This document shows positions 50,580 to 62,625 of a stretch of 64,000 nt of DNA, piece after piece. The notes under the pieces were generated by a model that was given only the letters and a program-made list of their open reading frames with translations, ran no database searches and was not told the DNA's origin. The stretch spans positions 572,012,001 through 572,076,000 of the forward strand of contig NC_067400.1 in the NCBI RefSeq assembly GCF_016432865.1, written 5' to 3'. The first letter of the stretch is position 1. The number at the start of each line of letters is the position of its first letter. Made by a program: the position numbers and the translations under genes. Source of the DNA: Antechinus flavipes (Eukaryota).

Positions 50580-52560
50580 TGTTAAATTTTCTACTGAGTT
50601 CTGGTTTGATTGATAGAGAATCTTGAAAATTTACAAGTTCATTGAATCTCCATTTTTTTCATTGAATATTATAGATAATTTTACTGGGTATGATATTTTT
50701 AGCTGCAAATTTAGTACTTTTGATTGCTTCTATATATAATTCCAGGACTTGCAGTCTTTTATTGTGGCTGCTGATCAGTTTTGTACAATTCTAATTGTAG
50801 CTCTAGCATATTTGAATTGTTTTGTTCTTATTTTTTGCAAAATTTTCTCTTTAAGCTGTAGTTTAGAATTTGGCAGTAATATTCCTATTTGTTTCCTCCA
50901 AAGGATCTCTTTGAGGGGGTTATTGGTGGATTTTTTTTATTTCTACTTTTCTCTCATGATCTATCATTCCAGGACAATTTTCTTGAATTACTTCTTGCAT
51001 TACTGTATCAAGGTTCTTTTTTTTTTTTTTTTTTTTGATCACAGCTTTCAGGTAGTCCAATTATTCTTATATTTTCTCTTCTTGATCTGTTCTTCATATC
51101 TGTTGTTTTTCTTTTGTTTCACATTCTGTTCAATTCTTTTTTCATTTTTTATATCATGCTTTGTTTTTCTCGGTCTCCTATAGCTTAATTGACTTCCCCT
51201 TGCCCAATTCTAATTTTCATCTTTAAAATTCTATATCTCCTTTTCTAGTTGAGTAACGCCCTCCCTCCCCCCGCGCCATGATCTTCTTGTTTTTCTTGGA
51301 TGGTTTTTATTTAATTAGCTTTTTAGTTTTTCCACTGTCTCTCATTTGATTTTTATATTCTTTTTTGACTTCTATAAATTATCTCTAGACAGGGAACCAT
51401 TTATCATTACCCTATGAGATAGAAGAAGCTCTTTTTTATGTCAGCATCCTCCTTTGAGGATGAACCCTGGTCTACTCTATTTCCATAGTAAGTTTCTGTG
51501 GAGGGTTTTTTCTTCTTTGCCAGTTCATCTTTTTTTTTTTTTTTTAAATGAGAAGTACTAGTTAAGTTCCTTAAAATTATTCTTATATATTGGCTATTAT
51601 ATGTTAAATCTNNNNNNNNNNNNNNNNNNNNNNNNNNNNNNNNNNNNNNNNNNNNNNNNNNNNNNNNNNNNNNNNNNNNNNNNNNNNNNNNNNNNNNNNN
51701 NNNNNNNNNNNNNNNNNNNNNNNNNNNNNNNNNNNNNNNNNNNNNNNNNNNNNNNNNNNNNNNNNNNNNNNNNNNNNNNNNNNNNNNNNNNNNNNNNNNN
51801 NNNNNNNNNNNNNNNNNNNNNNNNNNNNNNNNNNNNNNNNNNNNNNNNNNNNNNNNNNNNNNNNNNNNNNNNNNNNNNNNNNNNNNNNNNNNNNNNNNNN
51901 NNNNNNNNNNNNNNNNNNNNNNNNNNNNNNNNNNNNNNNNNNNNNNNNNNNNNNNNNNNNNNNNNNNNNNNNNNNNNNNNNNNNNNNNNNNNNNNNNNNN
52001 NNNNNNNNNNNNNNNNNNNNNNNNNNNNNNNNNNNNNNNNNNNNNNNNNNNNNNNNNNNAGGGGATGGTGCCCCTACCTTCACCTCAGCTCTCCACTCTG
52101 ATCTGGAACTCCAAACCAAGAGCTCCATCCTCCAGTAAGTGCCCACAGCTATCAGTGTCCCTTCCTTACTGCTTCTGCACTCTTTGCGCCCTGGTTCTTT
52201 CTAGCCTGGGCTATGTCTCAGCAGCACAGCTGGGCTTGGCGTTCCTAATCATCCAAGATTCTCTCAGAATTCCTGGACTTAGACCCCTCACTCCTCAAGC
52301 TGTCTGGAAGGTGAAAGTTTCTGTAGTTCCAGCCACACCCAGTAGCCCCAGGCTCCCTACTTGAGGTTTCTGAGGACCTCGGTGGGAGGAATTTGCACTT
52401 CACACGGGTTAATCCTGACCTGAGGTGTTTCTTCTGACCTACTTGGGTTGTACCCGGAGGACTCCAGCTCTGCCTTGGTTTTTTACCAGTTTGTGTTTGT
52501 CCTGAAGTGCAAATTTATTTCATTTGTGGGGAAATCTAGAGAGCTTGAAATTTACCAACC
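50580..52560 (-). mobile_element. Old L1 ORF1 and 5' region (contains a gap)
   Basis: Antisense ORF1-like T-rich sequence; GC-richer 5' UTR-like part at 52060-52560. Confidence 0.65.
51612..52059. other. Assembly gap (448 N)
   Basis: Run of n. Confidence 1.
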
Positions 52561-52829
52561 TGCTCTGCATCTTCCAAGGATTCTTAACCCAACTTGCCTA
52601 GGAGTAGGTGTAAGGACACTGCTCCTGCCACACTTGGTATACAGTTTAATTTGGTCCTCGCTGATCTAAATGAGAAATGAGTTGAATATCCCTGTCTTCT
52701 CTTTATTGCCTGTTGCCATCATTCTGATTCCCTTGAGAAGTAGTCATAACCTTTCTTTGATCCTCCTTTAGAGCTAAGGACAAAAGAACCTCTCCCTATT
52801 TATTTTTGTCTTTAGCTTTTCTCACCAGC

Positions 52830-53288
52830 CTCAGCTCATCCCAATCTTCAGTCCTTCTGACATTTTCTCTTCCTACTTCCACTATATACTCTGGGATCCA
52901 CTGTTTTGAGCACTTGGATACTTGCTTCCAAAAATTTTCTTTCTCCAGATTCTGGTGTTTTCAATGTTTGTTCTCCATACTTGGAATTTTCTTCTTCCTC
53001 AATCTCCTGCCTTCTTTCAAGGGATAACTAAAGTCCTACCTTCTGTAAGAAGCCTTTCCCGAACCTCATTAATCTTAGTGCCTTCCCTCTGAGATGACAC
53101 CCAATTTATTCTGGATTTAGCTTGTTTGTATGTAGTTATTTGTTTGCTGCATTGGATTATGAGCTTCTTGAGAGCAGGGACTGTACATGGAGTGCTGCCT
53201 TTTTGTTGTTTGTTTGTTTCATCGATACTTAGCAAGGTGTCTGGCATATAATAGGCATTTAATAAATGCTAGTTGACTGACTGACTAC
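52830..53288 (+). mobile_element. L2 3' end
   Basis: Ends tctggcatataataggcatttaataaatgctagttgactgactgact. Confidence 0.85.
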
Positions 53289-55179
53289 AAAGTCATGCTA
53301 CCTCCCTAATTCTACTTCCCTCTCCATCTTCTATCTCATCATTTTTTCAAAGTTTTATTAAAAGATTAACATTGAACAACAATACAACTAACTAAAATTG
53401 CTTAAAAGTTCTTTGCAATTCAATTGGTTAATTTTACTGCCTAAAACATTTAAAAAACTTCAGTTCTCTGCATTTACCCTGCCAAATTCTCATCAGGATG
53501 CCTTGCTTGCATCTTTATGTCATAGCATCACCTCCCTGATGTCATAGTTGTCTTCAAGAACAAAGGCAAACAGCATTCCCATTAACTTTTATATAGTCAT
53601 ATTATATCCTCTATTCTTCTACTCTGCTTTTTTTTTTTTACTCTGAATTATTTCATATAGCTATTCCTTGGTTTCCTTGTTTGTCTTCTGTCATGATTCA
53701 CTTATAGTTAGAAACTTTACATAATTCACCTCTATTTCTCTTCTCAAAATATCGTTGTTTCTTAAGTTGACTTTCTTTGCAGAGTTTCAGTTGTTGGAAT
53801 CATTACTCTAGATACTTTGGAATGTGGTACACAGAAATCTAAACTATAACTCAGACTGTGTCCGACTTCCCTTCCTCTATCACACATTTTGAAAATAGAA
53901 TATTCCCTTCTCTCTAAGGATCTTATCATTTCTACCTCAGCGATGACTTTCCCCTTATCAATGAGAATTGGTTGGTTATCATCATCGTCATTATCAATAA
54001 AGCATTTATTAAGCACTTTCTCTGTGCTAAGAACTAGGATACAAATAGAAAAAAACAAGGCTTTCCTGCTAAAAATATCTAGCGATTTAAGGTGCTTTAC
54101 AAATACTATTTTATTTGATCTTCACAGTACCCCTGAGAGGATTAATAATAGTTTTATAATCTTTTGGGCATAATTCCGAACTGCTGTCCAGAAATGCTCT
54201 CACAACTCCACCACCAGTGAATTAGTCTACCAATTTTCCTACATCCCCTCCAATATGCCATTTTCCTTTTCTGTCATATTAGCCAGTTTAGCCAGTGGTA
54301 GCTCAGAGTTGTTTTAATTTGCATTTCTTTCAGAAGTAATGATTTAGAGGATTTGATATGATTTTAGCTAGCTTTAGTTATTTCTGAAAACTGCCTGTTT
54401 TGACAATTTATCAATTAGGGAATGATTCATATTCCTATAGATTTGACTCAGTTCTCTATGTATTTGAGAAATGAGGCCTTTATCAGAGAAACTTGCTGTA
54501 AAATTTTCCCCCAGTTTTCTGCTTTTCTTCTAATCTTGGCTGCATTGATTTGTTTGTTCAATCCCTTTTAACTTAATGTAATTAGAATTATCTGTCTTAC
54601 TTCCTATAATGCTATCTCCTATTTTGTCATAAGTCCTTCCCTTATTCATAGATCTGACAGTAAGATAATAAAAATATTTTTTAAAAAGCTAAAAATGTTT
54701 TAAAATATTTAGTTCTAGTTTTTTGTTGGCCAAAATTTAACACAGAAGCACTTAGGTTTTGCAACTGGCAGGCATATAGTAATGACAAGAATTTAGGTGG
54801 TTGAAGGTTTAGCCTACCTTTTGTTGTACCCAGAGAAATATATCTGTATTGGCTGAATTCTAAAGTAATGATTGTAATAATAATAATAATATCTAAAATT
54901 TATATAGTGATAGGCACAGTGCTAAGTGTTTTACAATTATTATTTCATTTGATACTCATAACAACCCTAGGAGGTAGTTGCTATTATTAGCCTTATTTTA
55001 CAAATGGGGAAATTGAGGCAGACAGAAGTTACATGACTTGTTCAGTCATACAGCTAGAAAGTGATTAAGCTAGATTTGAACTCTGATTTTTCTGACTCTA
55101 AACTCAATATTGTGCCACCTAGCTACGCTAAGAAGACTTTTCATCTTTGATTTAAACAAAAAGGTTGAAAATTAAATAA

Positions 55180-55630
55180 CAGAGGCTAAGTGAAATGAGC
55201 AGAACCAGGAGATCATTACACACTTCAACAACAATACTGGATGAGGATGTATTCTGATGGAAGTGGATTTCTTAGACAAAGAGATCTAACTCAGTTTCAA
55301 TTGATCAAGGATGGGCAGAAGCAGCCACATCCAAAGAAAGAACGCTGGGAAACGAATGTGAACTATCTGCATTTTTGTTTTTCTTCCCGGGTTATTTATA
55401 CCTTCTGAATCCAATTCTCCCTGTGCAACAAGAAAACTGTTCGATTCTGCACACATATATTGTATCTAGGATATACTGTAACCTATTTAACATGTATAGG
55501 ACTGCTTGCCATCTGGGGGAGGAGGTGGAGGGAGGGAGGGGAAAAATCGGAGCAGAAGTGAGTGCAAGGGATAATGCTGTAAAAAATTACCCTGGCATGG
55601 GTTCTGTCAATAAAAAGTTTTTTTAAAAAA
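55180..55630 (+). mobile_element. Relatively young L1 3' end
   Basis: gaaatgagcagaaccaggagatcatt...aaattaccctggcatgggttctgtcaataaaaag + A tail. Confidence 0.9.
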
Positions 55631-55649
55631 AATAAAGATCTGTATCTCT

Positions 55650-56510
55650 ATCCTTATTAGGGAGAACTTTAGCCACCATACTCTAACTAACTGAAGGTTG
55701 TTTAGCAAAACAGCATACTTAGCAATGAGCACACTCCGAAAAAAATACTACATCCTTAGAAGAATGGCCCTAGTGAATTCAGTGGAATAACTCACCCAAT
55801 GAGGAGCAGAACAAGTAAAAGCAATGTAATAACATCACTAGAAGATGTCAGGAGCCCTTCAGCACTGGAGGCACAAATTATCCTTACACATGTTTCCCAT
55901 ATCATGCTCACTTTTATCTCTGATTGTATGTATATTTGTGAGAGAGTATTTGGTACAGAGCTTCTATTTCAAAACTTTTTAGTCTGGTCTTTAGATGTTT
56001 TTGCTTCGAACTGATTGTGTCCTCTGGCTCACTAGAAAAAGTAAACACACTGGTGGGGACTCACGATCTATGGGCTTGAGTGGATATAGACCCAGGGACT
56101 ATTTGAAGTGGGAGTAGTTATTTCAGGGAAACCATGTGCAAGAGGGTGATGGTACAGATGTTATACTCATATTTTGTGTACTGATGTATATATTTGGGGT
56201 CATGGGTTTTCTTGCTGGGTATCCTGAGTTAAAGTTCCACATTTGGTGCAATGGATTGCTGAGAACCTAAGAATTCAAACAAACAGTCCTTCTCACGAAA
56301 GCAGTAACCCCAGGGAGAAAGCAGTTAAAAGTTACAAGCAAGGAGATAAGAATCAATTGGCAAAGAGGTCTCTGGGGTTCTGAGGTCTGAGAAGTTCTAA
56401 AAATAGCTTATATATTTTTCTTGCCCAAGGAATCCACCAAGAACCTAAATCAATACACCTGGGACAAAATTAACTTAAACTGCCCCAGTCTACCACAACT
56501 TCTTGCTTGC
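55650..56510. mobile_element. Possible LTR/ERV-derived segment
   Basis: Composition differs from the flanking LINEs and ends in ...ccaca; family not identified. Confidence 0.3.
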
Positions 56511-58859
56511 AATAGTCCTAGCTTTTTATTTGTTTTAGTTTGTTTTGTTTGTTTAAGTGAAATGTTAAGTCATTTCTCCTTAGTTCCACTAGTATTGTGA
56601 TTTACAACATTGTACCCTCTTAGATTTTTTCCTCCTATAAACTTCCAAATATTTCTGTTAAATTTTCTTCCTACCTCGTAGATGCATCCTGGAGTGGAGA
56701 TAAAGATAGAGATAGAGAGATAGACAGACTGAGACAAGACTCAGAGACAGAAACACAGACAGATAGAGACAGAGAGAGAGACAAAGACAGAGAAAGAGAC
56801 AGATAACCACTATGTATCTATATTACCTATACTATCTATACCACTATATTGATGTAGATGACATATAGATATAGATAGATATGATCTCTCTCTCTCTCCA
56901 TATATATATATAATATCAAGATAGATAGATAAATGGATAGATTGATAAAAATAGATTCACCATAGCCTGTAGCTACAATGCATATATAAGTATATATTAC
57001 ACATATATATATAACATATAATGTGTGTTTATGTGTGTGTATGAAGCATTCTTCCCTTCCTCCCTTTTCAATTTAAAGTACTTCTGCCTTAGATTTGTGA
57101 GACTCTACTCAAACATATTTTTATTGGTCATTATGAGATATCTTCCGTCCCTGACCAATAGTATGTCCTTCCTCAGTTTCAAGCCTCAGTTCAGATAATC
57201 AGACCTGGTTCTCAGACCTTCTTTTCTTTGTTGTTCTTTCTATTTGGATGCTTTTATGCCTTTTGATTTGACACCGGCATCAGTCACTTACCAAAGTTTC
57301 CCTTTTCCTTCACAACATAATTTTCCTGTGTAAAACAAAATAGTTAAAACTGACTCTGTGACTATCTCAATCTTTTAAAGCAATTCATTCAGCCCTCAAA
57401 GCTACCAAACTATGCATACCTTTTGACCTCTGCCAGATCTATATCCTAAAGAGTTCAAGTAAAAAAAAAAGGAACAACATGAATAAAAATATAACAGCTA
57501 TTTTTTTAAAAATTGAATTTACTTAGTATTTTATTATCCCCTAGTAACATGTAAAAATAATGTCTAGCATTTGTTTTTAAAACTTTGAGTTTCAAATTCT
57601 ATCCCTTCCTTCCCGTACTTCTCTTCATGGAGAAGGCAAGTAATTTGATAAAGGTTATACATATGTAATCATGCAAAATATTTCTATATTAGCTGTGTGA
57701 AAACAAATAAACAAACAAAAAAAGCTCAAGAAAAACAAAGTTAAAATAGTAAGCTTCAGTCTTTATTCAGATACCCTCAGTTCTTTCTCTGGACATGGAT
57801 AGAATTTTTCATAAGCCCTTAGAGTTGTCTTGTGTAAGACACATTGTATTGCTAAGAATAATTGTATCATTTACAGCTGATCATCTCACAACATTGCTGT
57901 TACTTTGTACATAGTACATTTGGTTTTGTAACAGCTCATGGAAGCAGTACTTTTTGTGGTGACTACTGGAGAACGCACTAGGTGAGTGATTGCATATGAA
58001 TGACAGAATGCTATTGTGCTGTAAGAAATGATGGAGGTTGTTTAGAAAAGCCTGGGAAGACTTGTGTAAAATGTGCAGAGTAAAGTGAGAAATAAAAGTT
58101 TATAGGATAAGAACAATACTGTCAAGTCAAGTCAAGTCAACAAGTCTTTATTAAGCATTTACTGTGTACCAGGAGCTATGATAAGTACAGAGAATGCAAA
58201 TAGAAGTAGCAAAAAAGATCGATCCCTGCCCTCGAGAAGCTTACATTCTAATGAGGGACAGACAAGATAGAAAAGAGTGTAGCTGAGTTAGAGAAGGTGG
58301 CTAAAATGGATATAATAGAGAAAGAAACTTGGAGAGTCAGGAGCAGAGCTGGTGTAGGAGGGAAGGAATAGTTTCCTGACTGACCAAGCCATTCCTCAAA
58401 GAAGGAATTCCCCTATCAGAGCAGACTACCTCAGGGGCAGAAGAACCTTCCAGAGTGAGAAGGCTGGGGAGAGAGAAGGAAGCCTGGCTTTGTTTTTAAA
58501 CATTGTAAAATGTTTATATTATAAGAAAAAATAAATTTGACAGACGACTTAATGTCTCTGACCAACCCCATGATCAACCATGACTCCAGTCACTCAGTTA
58601 ATGTACCCCATCTCCTGGCAAAACAGGTTTGGATGAATTCAGGATACAAATATTTTTGGACATGGCCAATATAGGAACTGGTTTTGCTTTTGACTGTGAG
58701 TATTTGTCACAAGAGTTTTCTTTTTCTTTTTTCAGTGGAGAGGGGATGGGCTGGGAAGGGGAAGAAAGAGAAAATAAATACTTGTTAATGGAAAACAAAT
58801 GTGTAATTATTTTAAAAAAATAAATAAAGTGGCTGTTTGCTTCCCAGATTTTCCCATCT

Positions 58860-59190
58860 CTTTTGAGGCCCCTGCCTTTAGTCAGCAGCCGTAATGAAAC
58901 AATGTAATCCCCCAAGACCATATTTGATATGGCCACATGGGCTAAACTCATCCACATGGTTGACTGCATCATTCTCCCAATCTTTCAGCCTGATGTCTTT
59001 GGCAGATTTCATAAGCACAGAATATAGATCTTCATCCAAGCCATTGAGAAACAAGGTTCTCACACTCCTTTTTTTAGGCTACAATCATAGCCACAAAATC
59101 CAAGCAAAGATCTCTTCACCCGCCTTTCCTATGCCCAGCTCATCACATCTATATTCCAGGCTGGGAATCAAGAATATAATTCCCCTCCTA
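58860..59190 (-). mobile_element. CR1-like RT fragment
   Basis: Minus ORF LFLNGLDEDLYSVLMKSAKDIRL resembles CR1 FINDLDEGIESTLIKFADDTKL. Confidence 0.5.
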
Positions 59191-59263
59191 AGATACCATC
59201 TTTTTTTTTTTTTTTTAACTAAATAGGTTTTTATAGACATCTTTTGTTTTTGCATCAGTTAGA

Positions 59264-60603
59264 TCACAGTTGCAGGATATAAAATAAAGCCATACAAATC
59301 ATCAGCATTTTAATGTATTACTGACAAAGCTTAGCAGCAAAGAGATAGAAAGAGAAATTCCATTTAAAATAACTGTAAACAAAATAAAATATTTGGGTGT
59401 CTACCTGCCAAGACAAACCCAAGAACTATATGAACACAATTACAAAACAATTCTTGAACAAATAAAATCAGATCTAAACAATTGGAAAAATATCAATTGC
59501 TCATGGGTAGGCTGAGCTAATATAATTAAAATGACAATTCTGCCTAAATCGGTCTACTTGTTCAGCGCCATACCAATCAAACTGCCAAAAAGTTATTTTA
59601 TAGAACAAGAAAAATAGTAACAAAATCATCTGGAAAAACAAAAGGTCAAGAACATCAAGGGAATTAACGGGGAAAAAAAAAAAACAAATTAGGGTGGCCT
59701 AGTTGTACCAAATGTAAAACTATATTATAAAGCAGCAGTCATCAAAACCATCTGGTACTGGCTAAGAAAGAGAATAGTCAATCAGTGGAATAGATTAGGG
59801 TCACATGACACAATAATCAAGGCCTATAGTAATCTAGCATTTGATAAGCCCTCAAATTCCAGTTTCTGGAATAAGAACTCACTATTTGACAAAAAGTTGC
59901 TGGGAAAACTGGAAAATAATATGTCAGAAACTTAGCAAAGACCTATATCTCACATCCCATACCAAAATAAGGTCAAAATGAGCACATGATTTAGACATAA
60001 AGGATGACACCATAAACAAATTAGGACAGTAAGGGATAATTTACCTATCAGATCTTTGGAGAAGGGAGGAATTTATGACCAACAAAAAACTAGAGAACAT
60101 TATGAAAGGCAAAATGGACAATTTTCATTACATTAAATTAAAAAGGTTTTGCACAAACAAAACCAACAGAAACAAGATTAAAAGGGAAATACAAAGCTGG
60201 GAAAAATCTTTATAACCAGTATTTCTGATAAAGGTCTCATTTCTAAAATATATAAAGAACTATATCAAATTTACAAGAATACAAGTTATTCCCCAATTGA
60301 TAAATGGCCAAAGGATATGAACAGATAATTTTCAGATGATGAAATTAAAGCCATTTAAAATCATATTTTAATGCTCCAAATCATTATTGATTACAAAAAT
60401 GCAAATTAAAACAACTCCACTAATGCATTGTTGGTGAAGTTGTGAAAGGATCCAACCATTCTTGAGAGCAATTTGGAATTATGTCCAAAAGGCTATAAAA
60501 CTATGCATATCCTTTGACCCAGAAGTACCTTTACAAAGTCTGTATCTCAAGGAAATCATAAAAGAGGGGAAAGATCTATATGCAAAAATGCTTGTAGCAG
60601 CTC

Positions 60604-60648
<45 letters not shown>

Positions 60649-61096
60649 GCAAAGAATTAGAAAATGAGTAGATGCCCATCAATTGGGGAATGGTTCAACA
60701 AGTTTTGGTAGGTGAAAATAATGGAATATTATTGTTCTATTAAAAAAAATGATGAATAAGCTTATTTTAGAAAGGCCTGGAAAGATTTACATGAACTGGC
60801 TGAGTCACCCAGTAATACTTTGTACACAATAACAGCAAGATTGTGCATTGATCAATTATGAAAGACTTAGTTCTTCTCAGTGGTTCTGTGATCCAAAGCA
60901 ATCCCAATAGACTTTGGACAGAAAATGCCATTTGTATTAAGAAAAAGTACTATGAAGACTGAATGTAAATCAACACGTTCTCTGCTCACTTTTTTCTGTT
61001 TTTTTAATCTCTCCCATGGTTTTCCCTTTTGCCCTGATTTTTCTCTCCCAAATATGATTCATAAAGCAATGTGTATTAAAAATAAAATAATTAAAT
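59264..61096 (+). mobile_element. 5'-truncated L1 (ORF2 C-terminal half to poly-A), contains (TG)n at 60605-60646
   Basis: KYLGVYLPRQTQELYEHNYK...[22 protein letters not shown]; A-rich tail at ~61080-61096. Confidence 0.92.
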
Positions 61097-61181
61097 AAAC
61101 AGGTTTTTATTGATATCTTTTGTGTTTACATCACTTAGAGTTTTCCTTCCTGGAGGCATCCTTGTAACAAAGAAAGTTTTT

Positions 61182-62180
61182 TTTTTCTTTTTTGGGGGGT
61201 GTGTGGGAAAATCTAGTATTTATTTATTTTTATAATAGCTTTTTTATTTTTCAAAATATATGCAAAAATAGTTTTCAACATTCACCCTTGCACCCTTGTG
61301 TTTCAATTTTTTTTCCTCTTCTCTCCTTTTCCCCCCTCCCCAAGACAGCAAGCAATCTGATATAGGTTAAACATGTGTGATTCTTCTAAATATATTTCTA
61401 CATTTATTATGCTAAACAAGAAAAATCTGATCAAAAAGGAGAAAAAGATGAGAAAGAAAAAACAGACAAACAATGATGAAAATAGTGAAAATACTATGTT
61501 GTGATTCACATTCAGTCCCCATAGTCCTCTCTCTGAATACAGATGGCTCTCACAATCACAGATCTACTGGAATTGGCTTAAAACATCTCATTGTTGAAAA
61601 TAGCCACGTCCATCAGAACTGATCATCACATAGTCTTGTTATTGCTGTGTACAATGTTTTCTTGGTTCTACTTACTTCACTTAGCATCAGTTCGTGTCAG
61701 TCTCTTCAGGCCTCTCTGAAATTATTTCTTACTTATTGTTTTTTGTCTTATCGTTTCTTATAGAACAATACTATTCCGTAACATTCATAGACCATAACTT
61801 ATTCAGCCATTTCCCAACTGATGGGTATCTGTTCAGTTTCCAGTTTCTTGCCACTACAAAGAGGGCTGCTACAAACATTTTTGCATATGTGGGTCCCTTT
61901 CCCTTTTTTTATGATTTCTTTGGGATACAGACCCAGTAGAGACACTGCTAGATCAAGGGGTATGTATAGCTAACCCATTGGGCATAGTTCCAAATTGTTC
62001 TCCAGAATGGTTGAATCAGTTCACAACTCCACCAAAAATGTATTAGTATCCCAGTTTTCCTACATCTCTTCCAAGATGTGTCATTATCCTTTTCTGTCAT
62101 CTTAGCCAATCTGAGAGGTATATAGTGGGAACCTCAGAGTTGTCTTAATTTGCATTTCTGCAATCAATAGTGATTTAGAG
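61182..62180 (-). mobile_element. L1 3' fragment
   Basis: Perfect 14-bp TSD caaagaaagttttt at 61168-61181 and 62181-62194. Confidence 0.9.
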
Positions 62181-62419
62181 CAAAGAAAGTTTTTAAAGAA
62201 AAGAACAGGGGATATATGTGGGGGGAGGGGAAAATCAGCAAAACCAATAAATAATTTTTTGAAAAACTGACATTTTACACAATGTTCAAAACTAGTGACA
62301 GTCCCCACCCCTACCTCATCAAAGGAAGAAGAGAAGTTGTCAGTTACCATCATCTTTAATCCAAATCTGTCTTTCTCTTCTAAGGCCCCCACTTTTAATT
62401 TTTCATAATAATGAAAACA

Positions 62420-62625
62420 TTACCTAAGTACCTTTGGTATTTTTTTGGTTATTGTTGTTTGGCTGCTTTTCAGTCATGTCCAATTTTTCATGATCCCATT
62501 TGGGGTTTTCTTGGCAAAGATACTAGAGTGGCTTGCCATTTTCTTTTCCAGCTCATTTTACAGATGAGGAAACTGAGGCAAGCAGGCTTAAATGAGTTGC
62601 CCTGAGTCACCCAACTAGTAAGTGT
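62420..62625 (-). mobile_element. MAR1-type SINE
   Basis: gggttttcttggcaaagatactagagtggcttgccatttt...cattttacagatgaggaaactgaggc. Confidence 0.85.

Noticed and set aside
50749-51183. 144-aa hydrophobic + ORF
   Set aside because: Antisense reading of A-rich L1 ORF1 gives F/L-rich pseudo-membrane peptides.
49733-52146. Long ORFs (166-188 aa) here, and similar ones at 12967-13426 and 45260-45533
   Set aside because: Their length comes from N runs translated as X.
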